From Lama glama (lineage: Eukaryota), in NCBI GenBank assembly GCA_028534125.1, contig CM052818.1, forward strand, positions 32,118,001-32,182,000: DNA of 64,000 nucleotides, read 5' to 3'. Of the stretch, positions 1-13,675 are shown piece after piece; the first letter of the stretch is position 1, and each line of letters starts with the position of its first letter. A program made the translations under genes and the position numbers. The notes under the pieces were generated by a model that saw nothing but the letters and a program-made list of their open reading frames with translations, did not search any database and was not told where the DNA came from.

Positions 1-230
1 GTGGGGATGGAAAATTAGGAAGAGGAAATATCAGGAATAAGGGGGGGATTCTGTCTAAATGGGCATAATAGGAGTCTTGCTAAAGGCAGATCAGGGTGCC
101 ATCAAGGATGAAGGATTCTGGCTAAACCATCTTAACAGGATTCTTGCTAAATTGGGCTCTTAGAGGATGGATCTTTGTTGGACTAAGAGGAACCTGGCTT
201 AAGTTTGGTCAAGGAGAGGATGTTTGTTAA
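1..230 (-). mobile_element. ERV1 LTR fragment, MER31/MER67-like, truncated by the window start
   Basis: Has the motifs 'ggattcttgctaaa' and 'aagtttggtcaaggagag...tttgt', the reverse complement of the TGACAAAGACTCTCTCCTTGACCAAAC-type LTR start. Similar to 2700-2963. Confidence 0.65.
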
Positions 231-410
231 TCTCTGAATCATTTGGAGCGGATGGAATGTGCTGTCAGTCTAGAGGGGAGAACCCTGAAGAAAAGAGACA
301 ATGTAGGGGAGTCTGCGGGGGGTAGAGGTTGAAGAATAGAGAGGGAGGATAACTGGGCCTTTACTGGTGCCCTGACATCATGCCAGTCACTTGAAATAGG
401 TTAAATTTAA

Positions 411-1033
411 AATTTTTTTTCTAGCTTTAGTGAGATATAATTGACTCTTAGCATTGTGTTAAGTTTAAAGTGTACAACGTGGTGATTTGACACACTTATA
501 TATTTCCAAATAATTACCACTATAGTATTTGAAACATTCAAATATAGGATACAGTATTATTAGCTATAATCAATCACAATTATACATTAGATTCCCAAAC
601 TTCTTAATCTAATAACTGGAAGTCTGTACCCTTTGAGCAAAATCTCACCACTTCCCCCACTCTCTAACCCCTGGCAACCACCATTCTACTCTCTGTTTCT
701 CTGAGTTTGCCTATTTTAGATTCCACATACAAGTGTTATCCTACAGTATTTGTCTTTCTCAGACTGATTTATTTCACTTAGCATAATGCCCTCAAGATCC
801 ATCTGTGATGTCACAAAATGGCAGGATTTCCTTCTTTCTCCTGGCTGAATAATATTTCACTGTATATATGTATTTATGTATGTATGTACACACATACATA
901 CATACATACATACTACATCTTCTTTGTCCATTCATCCATTGACAGACTCCTGAGTTTCCACATCTTGACAATTGTGAATAATGCTGCAATAAACATGGGA
1001 GTGCAGCTATCTTTTTGATACTCTGTTTTCATT
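411..1033 (-). mobile_element. 5'-truncated L1 3' end (L1MA-like) inserted in a MIR
   Basis: Poly-T followed by typical antisense L1 3' UTR (ccctggcaaccaccattctactctctg, tttagattccacat, gtgaataatgctgcaataaacatggga). Exact 20-bp TSD ttgaaataggttaaatttaa at 391-410 and 1034-1053. Confidence 0.9.
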
Positions 1034-1053
1034 TTGAAATAGGTTAAATTTAA

Positions 1054-1150
1054 TCATAAGATGAGTGTTATCCTCCCTGTTGCCTGAATTTCTAAGAGGT
1101 CAAGTGATACAGAGCTGCAAGTGGCAGAGCTGTGGTTACAAACCAGATCC
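1054..1150 (-). mobile_element. MIR SINE fragment, split by the L1 (other part at ~350-390)
   Basis: 'agaggtcaagtgatacagagctgcaagtggcagagctg' resembles the antisense MIR core. Confidence 0.55.
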
Positions 1151-2523
1151 CACTGGTACCAGCATCCTCTGGAACCTGCTACAGGGTGTGCAGTCAAGGA
1201 AGGGTTTGGAGAAGCAGATAATACTGGTCGGCGGGTGTTCAAGGACCAGGGGCCCAAGAAAATTGGGGCACTGGTTCAGGGAAGGAACCACAGGAAGGGT
1301 GGAGGGAGAATAACCCTGCCCCTGGCTACCCTCACTTTTTTGAATCCCTGGTATCACTGGTGAGTCTCCTATGGCCTGAGCTGCCTGGACCAGACCAGCA
1401 CTGATTGGAAGCAAGATGATGGAGTTCGGCAGCAAACACTGGCTCTGCTTTATTGCCCATTAGTCCCTGTGCTGTAGAGCTCACCTTTTCCTTTACTCGC
1501 TGGAAGTGGACCTGTCCCTGTTTAGCCAGGGAAAAGCAACCCAGCTGAATCTGCACAAAGTTAAGTAACCAGGTTACTGGAGGGCAGGAGTAAATCAGTC
1601 TTGATAATCACATTTGGCAGTTTTCAAAACCATTTTGCTTGGACAGTGCAAATTCACTTAATGATACAAAATGCTGTTTATTTGTTGTGGGAAAAAAAAC
1701 TGAACTCAGGCCCACTACCTGGTGTTCAAAGTCTCCGTTCCATAGAGAAGAGGGTTTTATTTTCTTGGTGGAGGAGACACAGATGTATAAGGTGCTTATG
1801 TACCTAGAGGACACATGGTCGGCTGAAGACTGAATGTCTCCTGGTGTCCACAGCAGAGAAGAGCAGTACCTGAACTGGTGGACCATGTTTCCATTTACAC
1901 ATGTGTTTCCAAAGCTGATTTTTATAGGAAAAGCTTGTTCCCTGAAAGGAATGTCGACATCTGAAACTATTAGCTAACTGGACTTCCTGAGTAGAAATGC
2001 AAAAGGGATTGAGGCGATTTATTATGTTAAATCTCAAATAAACCTTGACAATTAAAAATGGAAAGGGAGCCAAAACTAATTAAAAGAAGAGGAGAATGAG
2101 AAATGCCAGGCATCTGGGATAAATTTATGATTGCAGTTGAACACTAAATTTAGCTCCAGGCTTCCTTTTGGCGCAAGCATTCAAAAAATAATTTGGGTTA
2201 ATAAGGTTTTTTAGGTTCATGTACAGAAAGCTACTGATGATGACCGCAATCTTGGCAGAACACTTATGACCAAACAATTAATTTGGGGATTCATATGTAA
2301 ATAGGACTAGAATTCATGAATTTGCTCTGTATGTTTTTCCTTTCTGACAAAGCTCATGTTTGATATTGTATCTTGATATATACACTCCGACCAGTCCCTG
2401 TGTCAGCACACCCAAGTGAGAGGAGGTCATACTCCCTGAGTTTTGTATTTGTTTCACTTCCTTTCCTCCCAGGTTGTTCTGAGGGAGATGTGTAGTTCAG
2501 AACTCTAAAATCCCAAAGATATT

Positions 2524-2963
2524 TGTGGACATTTGGAAAAGAGCCAGAGCTGGACAGTGGTTACAGCAGTACAAAGACATTTAACTCAGGAACAATTGCA
2601 GTAGGAGAAAAGAGATCTCAGCACAGAACAGGGCTCGGTTCTGTATCCATAACAAGGAGAAGTGGGCATTTATAGCCAAAGAGTGGTTGGTGAATAGAAA
2701 AGTGCTAGGAGGGTAGGTTATTTCTTGTTACACTGACCTAACAGGAATCTTTCTAAAGGCAGGCTGGGGTGATCAGTTATCAGCTGAGGGGTGTGGGGCA
2801 TGAATAATTTGGTCAGATATCGGGGTAGGGATCTGGATAAACTGACTTGGCAGGATTCTTACTAAATTTGGGCTATGTAAGCCGGACAAGGAGGGACTCT
2901 GAAGGTTGAGGTGTAGAGGGCTTTGAGGAGCCTGTTGAGAGTTAGGTCAAGGAGAGTCTGTCA
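2524..2963 (-). mobile_element. Solo ERV1 LTR, MER31/MER67-like
   Basis: TG...CA termini (tgtggac...gtctgtca) and internal motifs gagccagagctggacag, ggggtgatcag, ggcaggattcttactaaa, ggtcaaggagagtctgtca. No clear TSD. Confidence 0.75.
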
Positions 2964-3599
2964 GAAGACAGGAGGGAAGAAACTGCCTGTTCCCAGATTC
3001 ACCTCCTCCTTAACGTTAACAGCCCAACCTCCCAGCAAACAGCGTGTGGCTCTCCCACTCCCACCCCTTTTGTGAACTGAAGTACCTAGAGAAGTTGCTG
3101 CTGTGGATGCCTCCACAGGAGTCCAGCCTTCAGGGCGTGGGGCCATGGGAAAAGAAAGAAAAGGTCAGAAAAGCGGTGTCTGGGAAGAGAATGACCACAA
3201 GAGGATACTGTCCTCTGATTCCTTCTCAGCTGGCTCAGCGCTGGTTCATCTCATAATAACTTTGGAAACAAGAGAGAAATTACCCATGCCAGAAGTAGAA
3301 TTCCTACTTGGTCAGCGGGAACCCTGAGATGTGGACATGACTACCAGGAATGAGTGAGACCAAGAAAGCAGACTGAAATGAAACTTATCGGGGACTTTTA
3401 ATAATCACTCAGATAAAGACTTTTTAAAAAAACAGACTTATGGCTAGAAGTGAAGGAAGCAGATAGATGCAAGTTACATTTGAAATCAGAGACACTGCTA
3501 GAACACTCCTGAGATGGGACTACAGAGGTGTCTCATAAGTACAAGGCATTAAACAGATAAATTAACATGGAGAATAGTTGGGTGGGCTCGCAGGAGGAG

Positions 3600-3700
3600 G
3601 AAGCATGGGTTCTGGTACCTGCCCTGGAGTCAAGTCCTAATTCTGCCACTTCTGGGCCAGGTGATCTTGGACAAGTCATCCTGCCTGATCTGCTCTGGCA
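3600..3700 (+). mobile_element. MIR SINE fragment
   Basis: 'gagtcaagtcctaattctgccacttctgggccaggtgatcttggacaagtca' resembles the MIR core. Confidence 0.6.
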
Positions 3701-6204
3701 AGGAGGTACTGACATTATTGTAGAGGAAGAACTTATGTTTGTCACTGTTTGTTCATTTAATTATCCAGCCTCCACCTTCCTCCCAGTGAGATTTAAGATG
3801 ACTGACATAACTAACCATTTAATCAAATTGCTAACAGCAAACAAGCAAGCAAACAAAAACCCAGGATACTACAATTCCACCTAACTCACAGGGTTTCTAA
3901 TGAAGATTAAATGAAGTCCATTTATGAGAATGTTTACTTTTTGGATAGGCACATAGTAGATACTCAATAAATGTTGAATCTGAAAATACGCTTCTGCGGC
4001 CCAAGGAGGAAATGCATTATAGGTTCTATCCACCGCACACCATGGAGAGCTGGAGGAAGCGTCCCCTGCAGGCTCCCTGCTCTGCACAGTGTCCCCCACC
4101 TCCCGTCCCTCAAGGCCTGCAGCTCTGATGGCAGTGCTTTTTGCTGCCATCCCTCAGCAGCCCGTCCATCCCTGGAGTCTGCCAGGTGAATCACATTTGC
4201 TCTGATGGGTGATGGTTCTCTGCCTGCCCCCTCCCATGCCCTGTAGTTATTACTGACCCAGATCATGTGAAAGAAACTTCTGTTCTTCCTAGGGAGCTGA
4301 AGCCTAAGAAATGGGCTCCAACAGGGATCTGGGAGAGTCGATTAATGGCCCCAGACACCTCAAATAAATTTTCCAGTGGGATCCTGAAGAAAGTCCAGTG
4401 TCAGCAACTGCAGACTGATTTCAGTATAAGTGAAATGTATTCAAGTAACAAAATTCATGAGCAGACCTGGAGCATGATTTTATCTAGTCATTTTTTTAAT
4501 TATTGTTGAGAGTCAGAATCTAGTTACAGAAAAATGATTTGATGCCGATGCCCAGACTCTGGCTGTCAAATGAGATACAGGGTAACATTTGCCCAGTGAC
4601 CTTTTCCTTCCACAGGACAATTAAGAGATCTTATTTTTGTAGAGCTATGATCTTGTCAGTTTAAATCCGTCCCGCTGACCAAACTGGAGAGAAACCACTG
4701 TCTCCAGCAGACCAAGGGCTCCTGTCTGCTGCTTCCTGGAGTTGAGTTTGCTGGCTGGTGTGAGTGGTATGTTAGCTTTATCAGGCCAGCAGTGGAGTGG
4801 AAATAATAGGCGTGGAATTCGAATGAAGGGAAAGCAGAAAGTAGAAGTCATCTAAGAAGAATGAAACCCTTTAAATGAAAGTGCATCTTCCTCAATAATA
4901 GGAATTCTAATGGTCTTGGAGTCGTTATAATAGCTTTCTCCAGCGTATGTAATTCATTAGGGAATCTGAGTCAGAACAAAGGACTAGTATCCCCAAATTA
5001 TTTGTCCACGAAGCCAACAGTGAGTTCTCTGCCATCTATATGTCTTGATTTCTCCATCAACACAATAGTAATGACAGTCCTTTATACTCCTGTTGCTACC
5101 TAGGGGCAAATAGAAAGATTTATTAACTTATATATGTTTTAATAACCAAAAGAGTTATGTTGGTATCTAGGTCCCACATAAATGGAACACACACTTTTTT
5201 CTGTACTCACAGGCTGATTTGAAGACCTGGCAAATAAGTGAAAGGTGAGATTTACATGGGACTAAGTCTCAAGGACAAAACCAAGACCAGTGTGTGAAGG
5301 CTTTAGGGAGACTGGTTTTGACTCATGCTAAGGAAAGTTGTATGAGAGTGAAAATATTTTGAGAGAGGGACTCAAGAGGGGGTGACCTTCATGTCACATT
5401 GTTTCAGGGGTCACTGGATTGGTGCAAAATGGTGGGTGGGACAAGATGACATTTGAGATTCTAACCAAATCTTAAGATTCTGGGTTCTAAGATGTTCTTC
5501 ATTTTGAATTGATGGATGAGTAAGGAAAGACCTTCAAAACAGTGGTTTTTAACGTTTTTCTTTTGTGGGCCACCAGGATAGGGTAAAGATCTCACAGAGC
5601 CCTACTTGCCACTGGTATAGCAGAACCTCCTCAAAATGGAAGGAGAGACTCACAGTGCTTGGGACTAGACACTGGTAAGGGTAACAAAAGTAAAGCCTTT
5701 CACCTAGGTGAGATTTGGGCATTAAAAACTAAAGATGCAAATATGAGAGGCCAGCCAGGAGATCAGGGACACCTCACAAGCCACATGAGATACTTACCAC
5801 TTCATAATGGTCATAGTTTAGAGAGTTGAGGAATTCATCTTAAATGTGAGATGTAACTTTATTTCGTGCTGGAGAATTCTCTAAGATTTATGCCACAAGG
5901 AGAAGTAATGACCATTTAAGGACAAACACCTTCTTGGTCTCAAAGGGTCATTATGTGGTGATAATAAGAAGCCACGAAACGAACCTCGCCCAGAGGTCAA
6001 GGGATGAATTGCCATTATCGGTTCAAAGTTGGCCTCCACTGAGAAACTCCATGAAAGCAAAAATGGAAGCTGTGTCCCCTGTCCATCACATGATAAGGTT
6101 TCGAATATCAGCTTTGACACTTAAAGCCCTGTGATTCAAGGGAAAGAGACCTAAACTTAGCATGAATCATGTTGACCCTTAGAATCCCAAGGCAGACAAC
6201 TCAC

Positions 6205-7165
6205 ACTTCTATTCTTCCTTCTAAAATATTTACTGAGTGCCTACTATGTGTCTTCCAGGGTTCTAGGCCCTTGGATTATATCAGAAAACAAAACAGTCCC
6301 TGCCTTCAGAAAACTCATGTTGTAATGAGTGAAAAAAAAAAAACAAGTAAGAAATAACTAAGCAGATACAGAGGATTTCAGATGGTAATAAGTGCTAAGA
6401 AGGAAAGAAAAAAAAAGCCTGCTAAGGGAGCACTGACAGGCAAGAGTTAGTGGTTAGAGTGTTATCTGTACATGTATTTATAGAGAAAGGTCAGTGAGGA
6501 CCTTACTGATAATGTGATATTTTAGCAAAAACATGAAAGAAGTGAGGCAAGAAAATTTCTGGGGAAATAATATTCCAGAATAAAGCTGAATATAGAAATG
6601 CTGGAGTCATTGGTATTTAAAGCTGTGATACAGTACAAGATCACCTAGAGAATGTGTGGATAGAGAAAAGCATTCTAGTGAGGGGCCTTTGGGTGTTCCA
6701 GCAGTTGGTAGTTGGGGAGATATGGCTGAGAAGGAGGGGCCGGTGAGGCAGGGGGAGAGCCAAAGGAGAGTAGGATCCCAGAAGCTAAGAGAAGGAAGTA
6801 TTTGGGGAGAAGGGTCATTATCTGTGTAGAATACAGTGGACATTATGAGTGCAGTGACTGAGCCTTGACCATTGTGTTTAGCCATACAGAGGTCATGGTG
6901 ACCTTGACAAGAGCCATTTCAGGGGAGTGGTAGGGGAGAAAGTCTCACTAGAGCAGAGCCAAGAGAGACTAGGAAGAGGAGATTGGGGGAAATGTGTACA
7001 GACAATGCTTTAAAGGAGTTCTGTTGTAAATGTCAGCAAAGAAGTGAGTTCAAGTGGCATGGGGATGGTGTTCAAGAGATGGTTTGTTTTTTGTGATGAA
7101 AGATACTATGTTCTAGGCTCATAGGAATAATTCAATAAAGAGGGACAATATGATGACATTGGAAG
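6205..7165 (-). mobile_element. L2 LINE fragment(s)
   Basis: Starts with an antisense L2 3' end (aaatatttactgagtgcctactatgtg). Continues with L2 motifs aggtcagtgaggacctt, gaggtcatggtgaccttgacaagagccatttcagg and agacaatgctttaaaggagttctgttgtaaa. Confidence 0.75.
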
Positions 7166-7662
7166 GAGAATCCTCTGGCCCACTGAGGCGTCTCCCCAAT
7201 TCCTAACGTTGCCACCTCCCTCGGGAGAGAGGCACTACTACCCTGTAACACTTTGGCCTAAGGGGAGCGCCACTCCCATTCCTCCAATCTCATCAGCGTA
7301 ACTGTCACTAGACTGGAAAAATCTAAGTAAGGTGCATCCACAGGCTTAGAAAAAAAAAATTGGAAAGAAAATCAATTCAAACAACAGTAACAAGCAACAA
7401 GATTGGTGTTTTGCTGAGCGTACTCTTTATGCTCCGTAGAATATGGATAGGTAGGGTCAAGAGAGTCTGAGGAATGCTGAGTTAAACAAAGGTAAACAAA
7501 CGTCTGTGCCACAGGACTTCTTGGAGCCTTTAAAAGGCTAGTAGCTCTGTGAATTTCCGAGAGGGACATCTGGTGTGAAGAATTTCCCAACAAATTTGGG
7601 AGAGTATCACATAGAACTAGTGCTGCAAGGCATACAGTACTGTTTGAAATAGTGAACTAGAT

Positions 7663-7856
7663 CGGGGGTGGCAGACTTCTTCTGTAAAGGACTAGTAAGT
7701 ATTTTAGGCTTACTGAGCCTTCGTCTGTCACAACTACTCAACTCTGCTGTTGTACCACAAAAGCAACCATACTTAATAGGTAAATGATGGGTGTGGCTTT
7801 GTTTCAATAAAACCTAATTACAAAAACAGCAGCAGGCTGGATTTGGCCAACCATTG
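7663..7856. mobile_element. MER58A-like hAT-Charlie MITE
   Basis: ggggtggcagacttcttctgtaaagg...caactactcaactctgctgttgta...ggctggatttggcc. 8-bp TSD aactagat (7655-7662) / aaccagat (7857-7864). Confidence 0.85.
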
Positions 7857-8309
7857 AACCAGATAATCTGCATCAAGAGATGAACTCATTCTCTTTCAGA
7901 CCAACTGCCCCCAGGGATGCCCAGTTTCTAGCTACTGCTATGTGGCAGGGCTGCTTGTTTCTTTCCCTTATCCTTAGATGCACTCTCAAATACATTTAAA
8001 TTCTTTGAAGTTCAAGCACAGAGGCCCAAGACTTAAAATGGCCCATTTGGAGTCCCATTTCCTTCCTGGGGTTCTGTCCTTTCCCCCTTGTGCTTAACAC
8101 TAGGAATATCCACTCTTTATGTCATTTCTTCAAGACAACTGTTTGGGTCCAAATTGAAAGCCACTCTTAATGATCCACTCTGCGACTTATCTAGTAAGCC
8201 TTTTACCTACTTGTGTCTCCTGATTTCCTCATTCCTGGGAGGGAGACAGGGAAGGGAAACCTTCCTGTAAGAATCTACCACATTGGCTGCTTATTATCTC
8301 TGCTGAAAG

Positions 8310-8625
8310 CTTTAGTGGAAAAATGAGACTTGGAACCATGTAATATAAAGAATGGTTAGGAAATATTAGCTTGTTGGACCTAGAAAAAGGCTGGTAAGAT
8401 TATGAGGATGTGCGAAAGGGGGTGGTAATTGGAGACACCTCGAATGGTTATGGGGCTATTTCATGGAAGGGAAATGGAATCCAAAGGATGGAACCAAGAA
8501 CATCAGGTCACGCAGGGAACAAATTTCCACCAGTAATCAGGAGTCATTTTGATTCTGTTAGAGGGGTGGGGAGGTGGGAACACGTAAGAATTCAAGCAGA
8601 AGCTGTGGAATAGGTGTGTGGATGG
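8310..8625 (+). mobile_element. L3/CR1 LINE fragment
   Basis: 'ttggaaccatgtaatataaagaatggttaggaaatattagcttgttggacctagaaaa' resembles the CR1 ORF2 3' region. It appears to resume after the MLT1 at ~9005-9050 (aaggcctcttccaatcctgagagt). Confidence 0.55.
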
Positions 8626-8629
8626 GCTG

Positions 8630-9004
8630 GCTTTTTAGTTAGCTTGGGCTGCTATAACAAAATACTATATATAGACCTCAGGGCTTAAACAATATGCATT
8701 TATTTCTCTCAGTCTGGAGGCCGAGAAGTCCAAGATCAAGGTACTGGCAGATGCAGTTCTGGGTGAAAGCTCTCTTTCTGAGTTGCATAGTCCTGCATAG
8801 ATCCTCTCTAGCTATGTCATAGCATGTTGGAGAGATAGAGCATTCTGGCCTCTCTTCCTGTTCTCACTAGGACACTGATTCCATTATGGGGGTCCCACCC
8901 TCATGACCTCATGACTCAGTTACCTCTCGAAGGCCCCATCTCCTAATACCATCACACTGGGGCTTAGGACTCAACACATGAATGTAAATATTCAGTCTTT
9001 AACA
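8630..9004 (-). mobile_element. MLT1A-like MaLR solo LTR
   Basis: gggctgctataacaaaatac, tttatttctctcagtctggaggc...gaagtccaagatcaagg, ccccatctcctaataccatcacactggg, ending attcagtctttaaca. Confidence 0.85.
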
Positions 9005-9764
9005 GCTGGACAACCTTCTAAGGCCTCTTCCAATCCTGAGAGTTTGAGATCGAAGGTATCAACTCAAATATAGTTTCCTCTAGGCTCTTGATTATTGTCT
9101 TCCCCAGAGCTTCCCCCAACACTGTCCTAGCCCCTATTGTCATTAAACATCACTTGTATTTATTAGTTGGCATGAAATATGCCTGAATATTCCAATGACA
9201 ATGATTGAAGGGAGGATCACTGACTTTCAAGAGACTTGAGTTAACACAGTATTACTACCTTAATACAGCTGGTTACAGCAAGGCACTGTAGTCCAGGAAC
9301 ATTTGTCTGTGCAGGCCTGTGGCTTTGTTCCCATGTCAGAAATGTGAGCAGGAACAAAAGCAAAGTCTGAAAGCAGAGCGATGTGGCATCAGAACATGAA
9401 ACTCCCGGGGTTGTTGCATTTTGTAATAGAAAGGAAAGAAACCTCAACTTTGGCACAGAGTGTGTCAGGCCTCTTTTCACCAGAAATACTTTTATCCCTG
9501 TGTCTTTTCTCAGGGAGGTGTTCAAAGTGACTTCTGACAAAGTATCTTTTATCCCAGGTCCTTGAGCGTATTTACCTATCATGGATATCTAGGAAACCTG
9601 CTGCGGGGGCCAGGTTAGATTCTGGGCCATGGTTTTTGCAGTCCTTGTTGTCAGTTTGGAGAAACTCAACAAGTGGGAAGGCTGCAGGAGTTTGAAAGGT
9701 CTCAGTTTAATCCCTGACACGTGTCTGTACTTCAGCATGGCCCTTCTCTGCTTTTCTTCTCTGT

Positions 9765-10028
9765 GTAGACTACTCAACTCTGCCATTGTAACATGAAAGC
9801 AGCCAGAGCAGTTATGTAAACAAATGAGCCTGGCCATGTTCCAATAAAACTTTATTTATGAATGCTGAAATTTGAATTTCATGTAACTTTCACATGTCAC
9901 AAAATATTGTACTTCTTTTGAATTTTCCCAACTATTTACAAATGTAAAAACTTTTCTCAGTTCTTGGTTCATACAAAAGCAGGTAACAGACCAGATTTGG
10001 CCCACAAGCTATAATTTGCCAAGCTCTG
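9765..10028. mobile_element. MER58B-like hAT MITE, truncated at one end
   Basis: actactcaactctgccattgta...gttccaataaaactttatttat...gaaatttgaatttcatgtaactttcacatgtcac...gatttggcccac. Confidence 0.8.
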
Positions 10029-12744
10029 TGCTTGACCTTGAGTATGCAATGACAGACATGGTCCTGGCCTCATGGCACTTCCTACTGATGGGAGAGATGA
10101 ATATTAAACAAATCATTTGAATAGTCTTTATGTGGTTACTAATTGCAAAGGAAGGAAAATAAACAGTATAATTAGGAATTATAATAGCAAAATATCGTTG
10201 AAATTTGGGGATCAGCAAATGAAATGAGAACAGAGACTTAATGATGAGTGATATTTAGCCAGGAAAGAGTGGCTTAAAAAGGAAGTCTTCCAAGCAGAGG
10301 GGAATTATAAGATCAAACTGATAGACTGAGTGGTGAGTTTTATCCTTCACAGTCCTATCAGGTAAGTAAGTGCTCCAGGAAGTTTTCAGGGAGAATGCAG
10401 TGCCCCGGTGTGTAGGGGAAGTGTGAGGGAATGACTTCATCTCCAGTTGTGACACAGGAGAGGGAGATCCTTGTGCCTTCTTTACTATCATCCTGCATTT
10501 TCCCAGAGGTTCATGCCTCTTCATCTACTTTTTTTTCCTCCCCTGGGAGGCAGGTGAGGGGTAGTGACATTATGAAGCAGAATAGAGACTCTACAACTGA
10601 GAATTGGGAGGTCTAGGTTTTGGATTCAGTACTGCTATCCCGTCATGCAGTCCTGGGCACATTGCTTAACCTTCCGTAAACTGAAAATAAAGGGCTTTTA
10701 TACATCAAGAGTCTCCAGGCAGGTGACCTAAGAATGACTGAGTGGAGGGACTCCAGGCCCCTTCAGAGCAGGGGTTCATTCAAAAACAGAATTCCATGGA
10801 AGGCTCACTGGACTTGGTGACTGCTGGGTCCTCCCCAGTCCTGGCCCTCTGTGAATCTGTGAGAAGAGTATTTTCTCCAAGCCTGTCCATGTTGATTTCC
10901 AAGCTAGGAGGAAACCCAGATCTGCTACTGCCTGGGCAAATGGAACATGGTAGTGCCTGTCCAAGCTCTTTGCAACAAGAATCAAGGGAAATCAAGCCAT
11001 TTTCTTCAGGAAAATGATGATTTCATCCTGCTGGCAGTCTATGAGGAAAAAACAAAAATATATGACTCACATCAAGGTTGTTCAGCTTTCTGATACTTCA
11101 GTGGCACCATTGGCAATTGGTGATGTAAACTAATCACTGGCCTTTAACTTTCCAATAAATCAGCATCCTACCATGAGAAGCTTACACCACAGAGAATGCT
11201 GAGCCAGGCTGAGTTCCTATCCCCTTGCACATTCAGGTGTCATATCAGAGCCTCTGATCAGCTCCATCCAGCTTCCTTCTGTGCCACCTTGAACCTGTTT
11301 CCATCAGAGCTTCTATCCCTGCTCAGGTCCAATGATCTGATACGCTTTGCATCTGAGTCTGAATCTGAATCTGATAAGGGGCATCCAGACAGCAAATGCC
11401 ACAACAAGTTCTGGACTCTTTTTGTTGAAATCTGTACAAACTGTTTTTTGATTCACCTGAACCCAGCATCGATCCCCTGGACATCTCTGTAGGCCTATTT
11501 GTATGACTTTCCTGCCTCTCTTTGTTTTCTTTTTAATTTGGGGAATCTCTTCCCACAGTTCTCTTGGCTCTATAAAACACTCAAGAGGAGCTGAGTGAGC
11601 ACCGTAATTCTGTCCTATCTTCTCCATGCAGCCATCCCACAAACCCATTGGTACTCCTGACACTTCCACCGAGATAAGCAGAGTCTTTAGAATCCAGGTC
11701 TTGGTGTATTTCCCCCAGGGGGTATTCCCCCCAAGTCACTACCCTGATTTCACATCACAGTTAATAAAATCTTTTCACTCATATTTTTGAAGTGGATACT
11801 CAACTTACCCTAACAGATAGACAAAAGGAGTTATGATTATCTAGGACATGTGAGGAAACTGAGGCACCACGATCATTAAGTCAGGATGGAGCTAAAACTG
11901 GTGCACAGGGTCTTGATTAAGTATGAAATTAATATTTATAAAATGCCTAAAATCTGTCTAGAAGTCTTGTTTCAATACCAGACTCCTGTTCTGTGGTCCC
12001 CCGTGATATTTCTGCATTGCTCACAGAGGCCATTTGCCAAGCTCTGAATTGACTAGTTTGAAACTACTTTTAGAAGGGGCATCAGACAGAATAAATTTCT
12101 CTGCATATATGCAGAGCTATGTGCAAATGCAATTTTGGTTATTTTTAACTCTTTTACAGTGAATTTAAGCTCCAGAACTGAGTGATTTCTGGGGAATTAT
12201 AAATAGGTTACAAACTCAATTCTGAAACCTTTAACCAAATACAGTCGGTGACCCACGCAGCCCTCTCCCTTTCCACCTAGATAAATGTCCCCTGGACTTG
12301 GCTGTTAAGGAATTTGCCATTAAGCTTCAGTAGAGACAGTTAGTCCTTTCTTAGTTCTCTAAGTTAAGCTGTCTATTTCCAAATATATGACCTGGGTTCC
12401 TTTCTACCCACCGCCCATCCACCACTATGCCTCTGTACTCTGTTAATTTCTATTTTATAGTTTATTTTCTAGCCCAGTTGTTAAAGTGCCCCAGCCCCTC
12501 CTTTTGAATCATCTTTTCCTACCATCCAGCTCCCACAAAGTTCAGCCCCGCCTGAATCCTCTGAGCTCTCAAGGCCACCCTGTTGTGCAATAACATGGCA
12601 TATAAGCAGTGCCTTGCACCCAGCAGCTCCATGGTCTCAGTCTGGACATCTTTCTTTGTCTCCCAGGACATTTCCGAGTCTGCTTCCCTCATCCTCATCC
12701 TCCTGTTTGCTTCTCCTTTAATGCTAGGAGCTACACCTTCAGCC

Positions 12745-13675
12745 TTAACATTTTGTTTCCTATATAAACAATAATTTAATTTCTTTTTTTACAGCCTTCA
12801 TTTCCAAAATAGAAATTTTGGATTTTCTTTTCTGAAACCCCCTGTTGTTATTCCATATCTTACATTTTTCATGGATGCTATCACCTCCTTTATCTCTTTG
12901 AATTTCTTTAAGACACTTACATAAAAGCCCATTAAATGGTTATTTAAAAGCCCTTAAGGATTATTTAAAAGCTTTTAAATGTTTTTCTGTTATCTCTATT
13001 TCTTCATAAAAGTTACTCTCTTTGTTGTCTGCCTTTAAAGGTATTATTCTCCCACAGAGGCTTGAGGATTTTTGGTTTGTGAGCTCATCTTCGACCAGAG
13101 ATTTCACCTCTGAATATTCTAGGTGATATCTCAGGAAAACAGTCTTGCAGGGCCTTCGAATCAGGCTTGAAGGGAAGTGGCTCCCAGTCAGGCCTGTGCT
13201 GGTCTGACCCTTTCCTGGATGGGTGGTGTGGTTCCAAGTCCATCCTCACTGGTGCAGTACAACTCTAGGTCTTGGTCTCATATGACTAGAGCTTTCCTAA
13301 CCTAGACACAGGCAAGTAGCTCATCACCACCCTCACCCCAACTTGGGAAGATGGCAGGGATGGGGGATGGTGTAAGTTAGTTCTGCAGTACCAGTGAGCA
13401 TCATGACCCAGCTCCTAGCTTCCTGAGGGTGGTCTTGGCCTCATTAAAGGAAAAAAGCATTGGCTCTATTGCCCAGAATAGGTTCCCTTTTTCTTTTCCT
13501 CTTTTGAAGTTTAAGGAATCCCTGTTTATCTAGAGAGAAGTCTTTTTCTTTCTCTTCAATATGAGATAAATATTAATTAACTTTGTTACTCAAAAATTAT
13601 TCTATTCTGTGTTTGGTGTGGAAAAGAGAGAGGTCAGGTTATGCTCAATTTCCCATCTTAAACAGAAAGTTCAAG
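12745..13675 (-). mobile_element. Ancient HAL1/L1ME-like 5'-region fragment
   Basis: T-rich antisense tracts (ttttcatggatgctatcacctcctttatctct; ttggtttgtgagctcatctt) and an end, ccatcttaaacagaaagt, like HAL1/L1ME 5' termini. Confidence 0.4.

Noticed and set aside
1..2963. Two co-oriented MER31/67-like LTRs as the ends of one provirus
   Set aside because: The intervening DNA contains an older MIR and no gag/pol, primer-binding site or polypurine tract that I could see. The copies are also quite diverged, so independent insertions are more likely.
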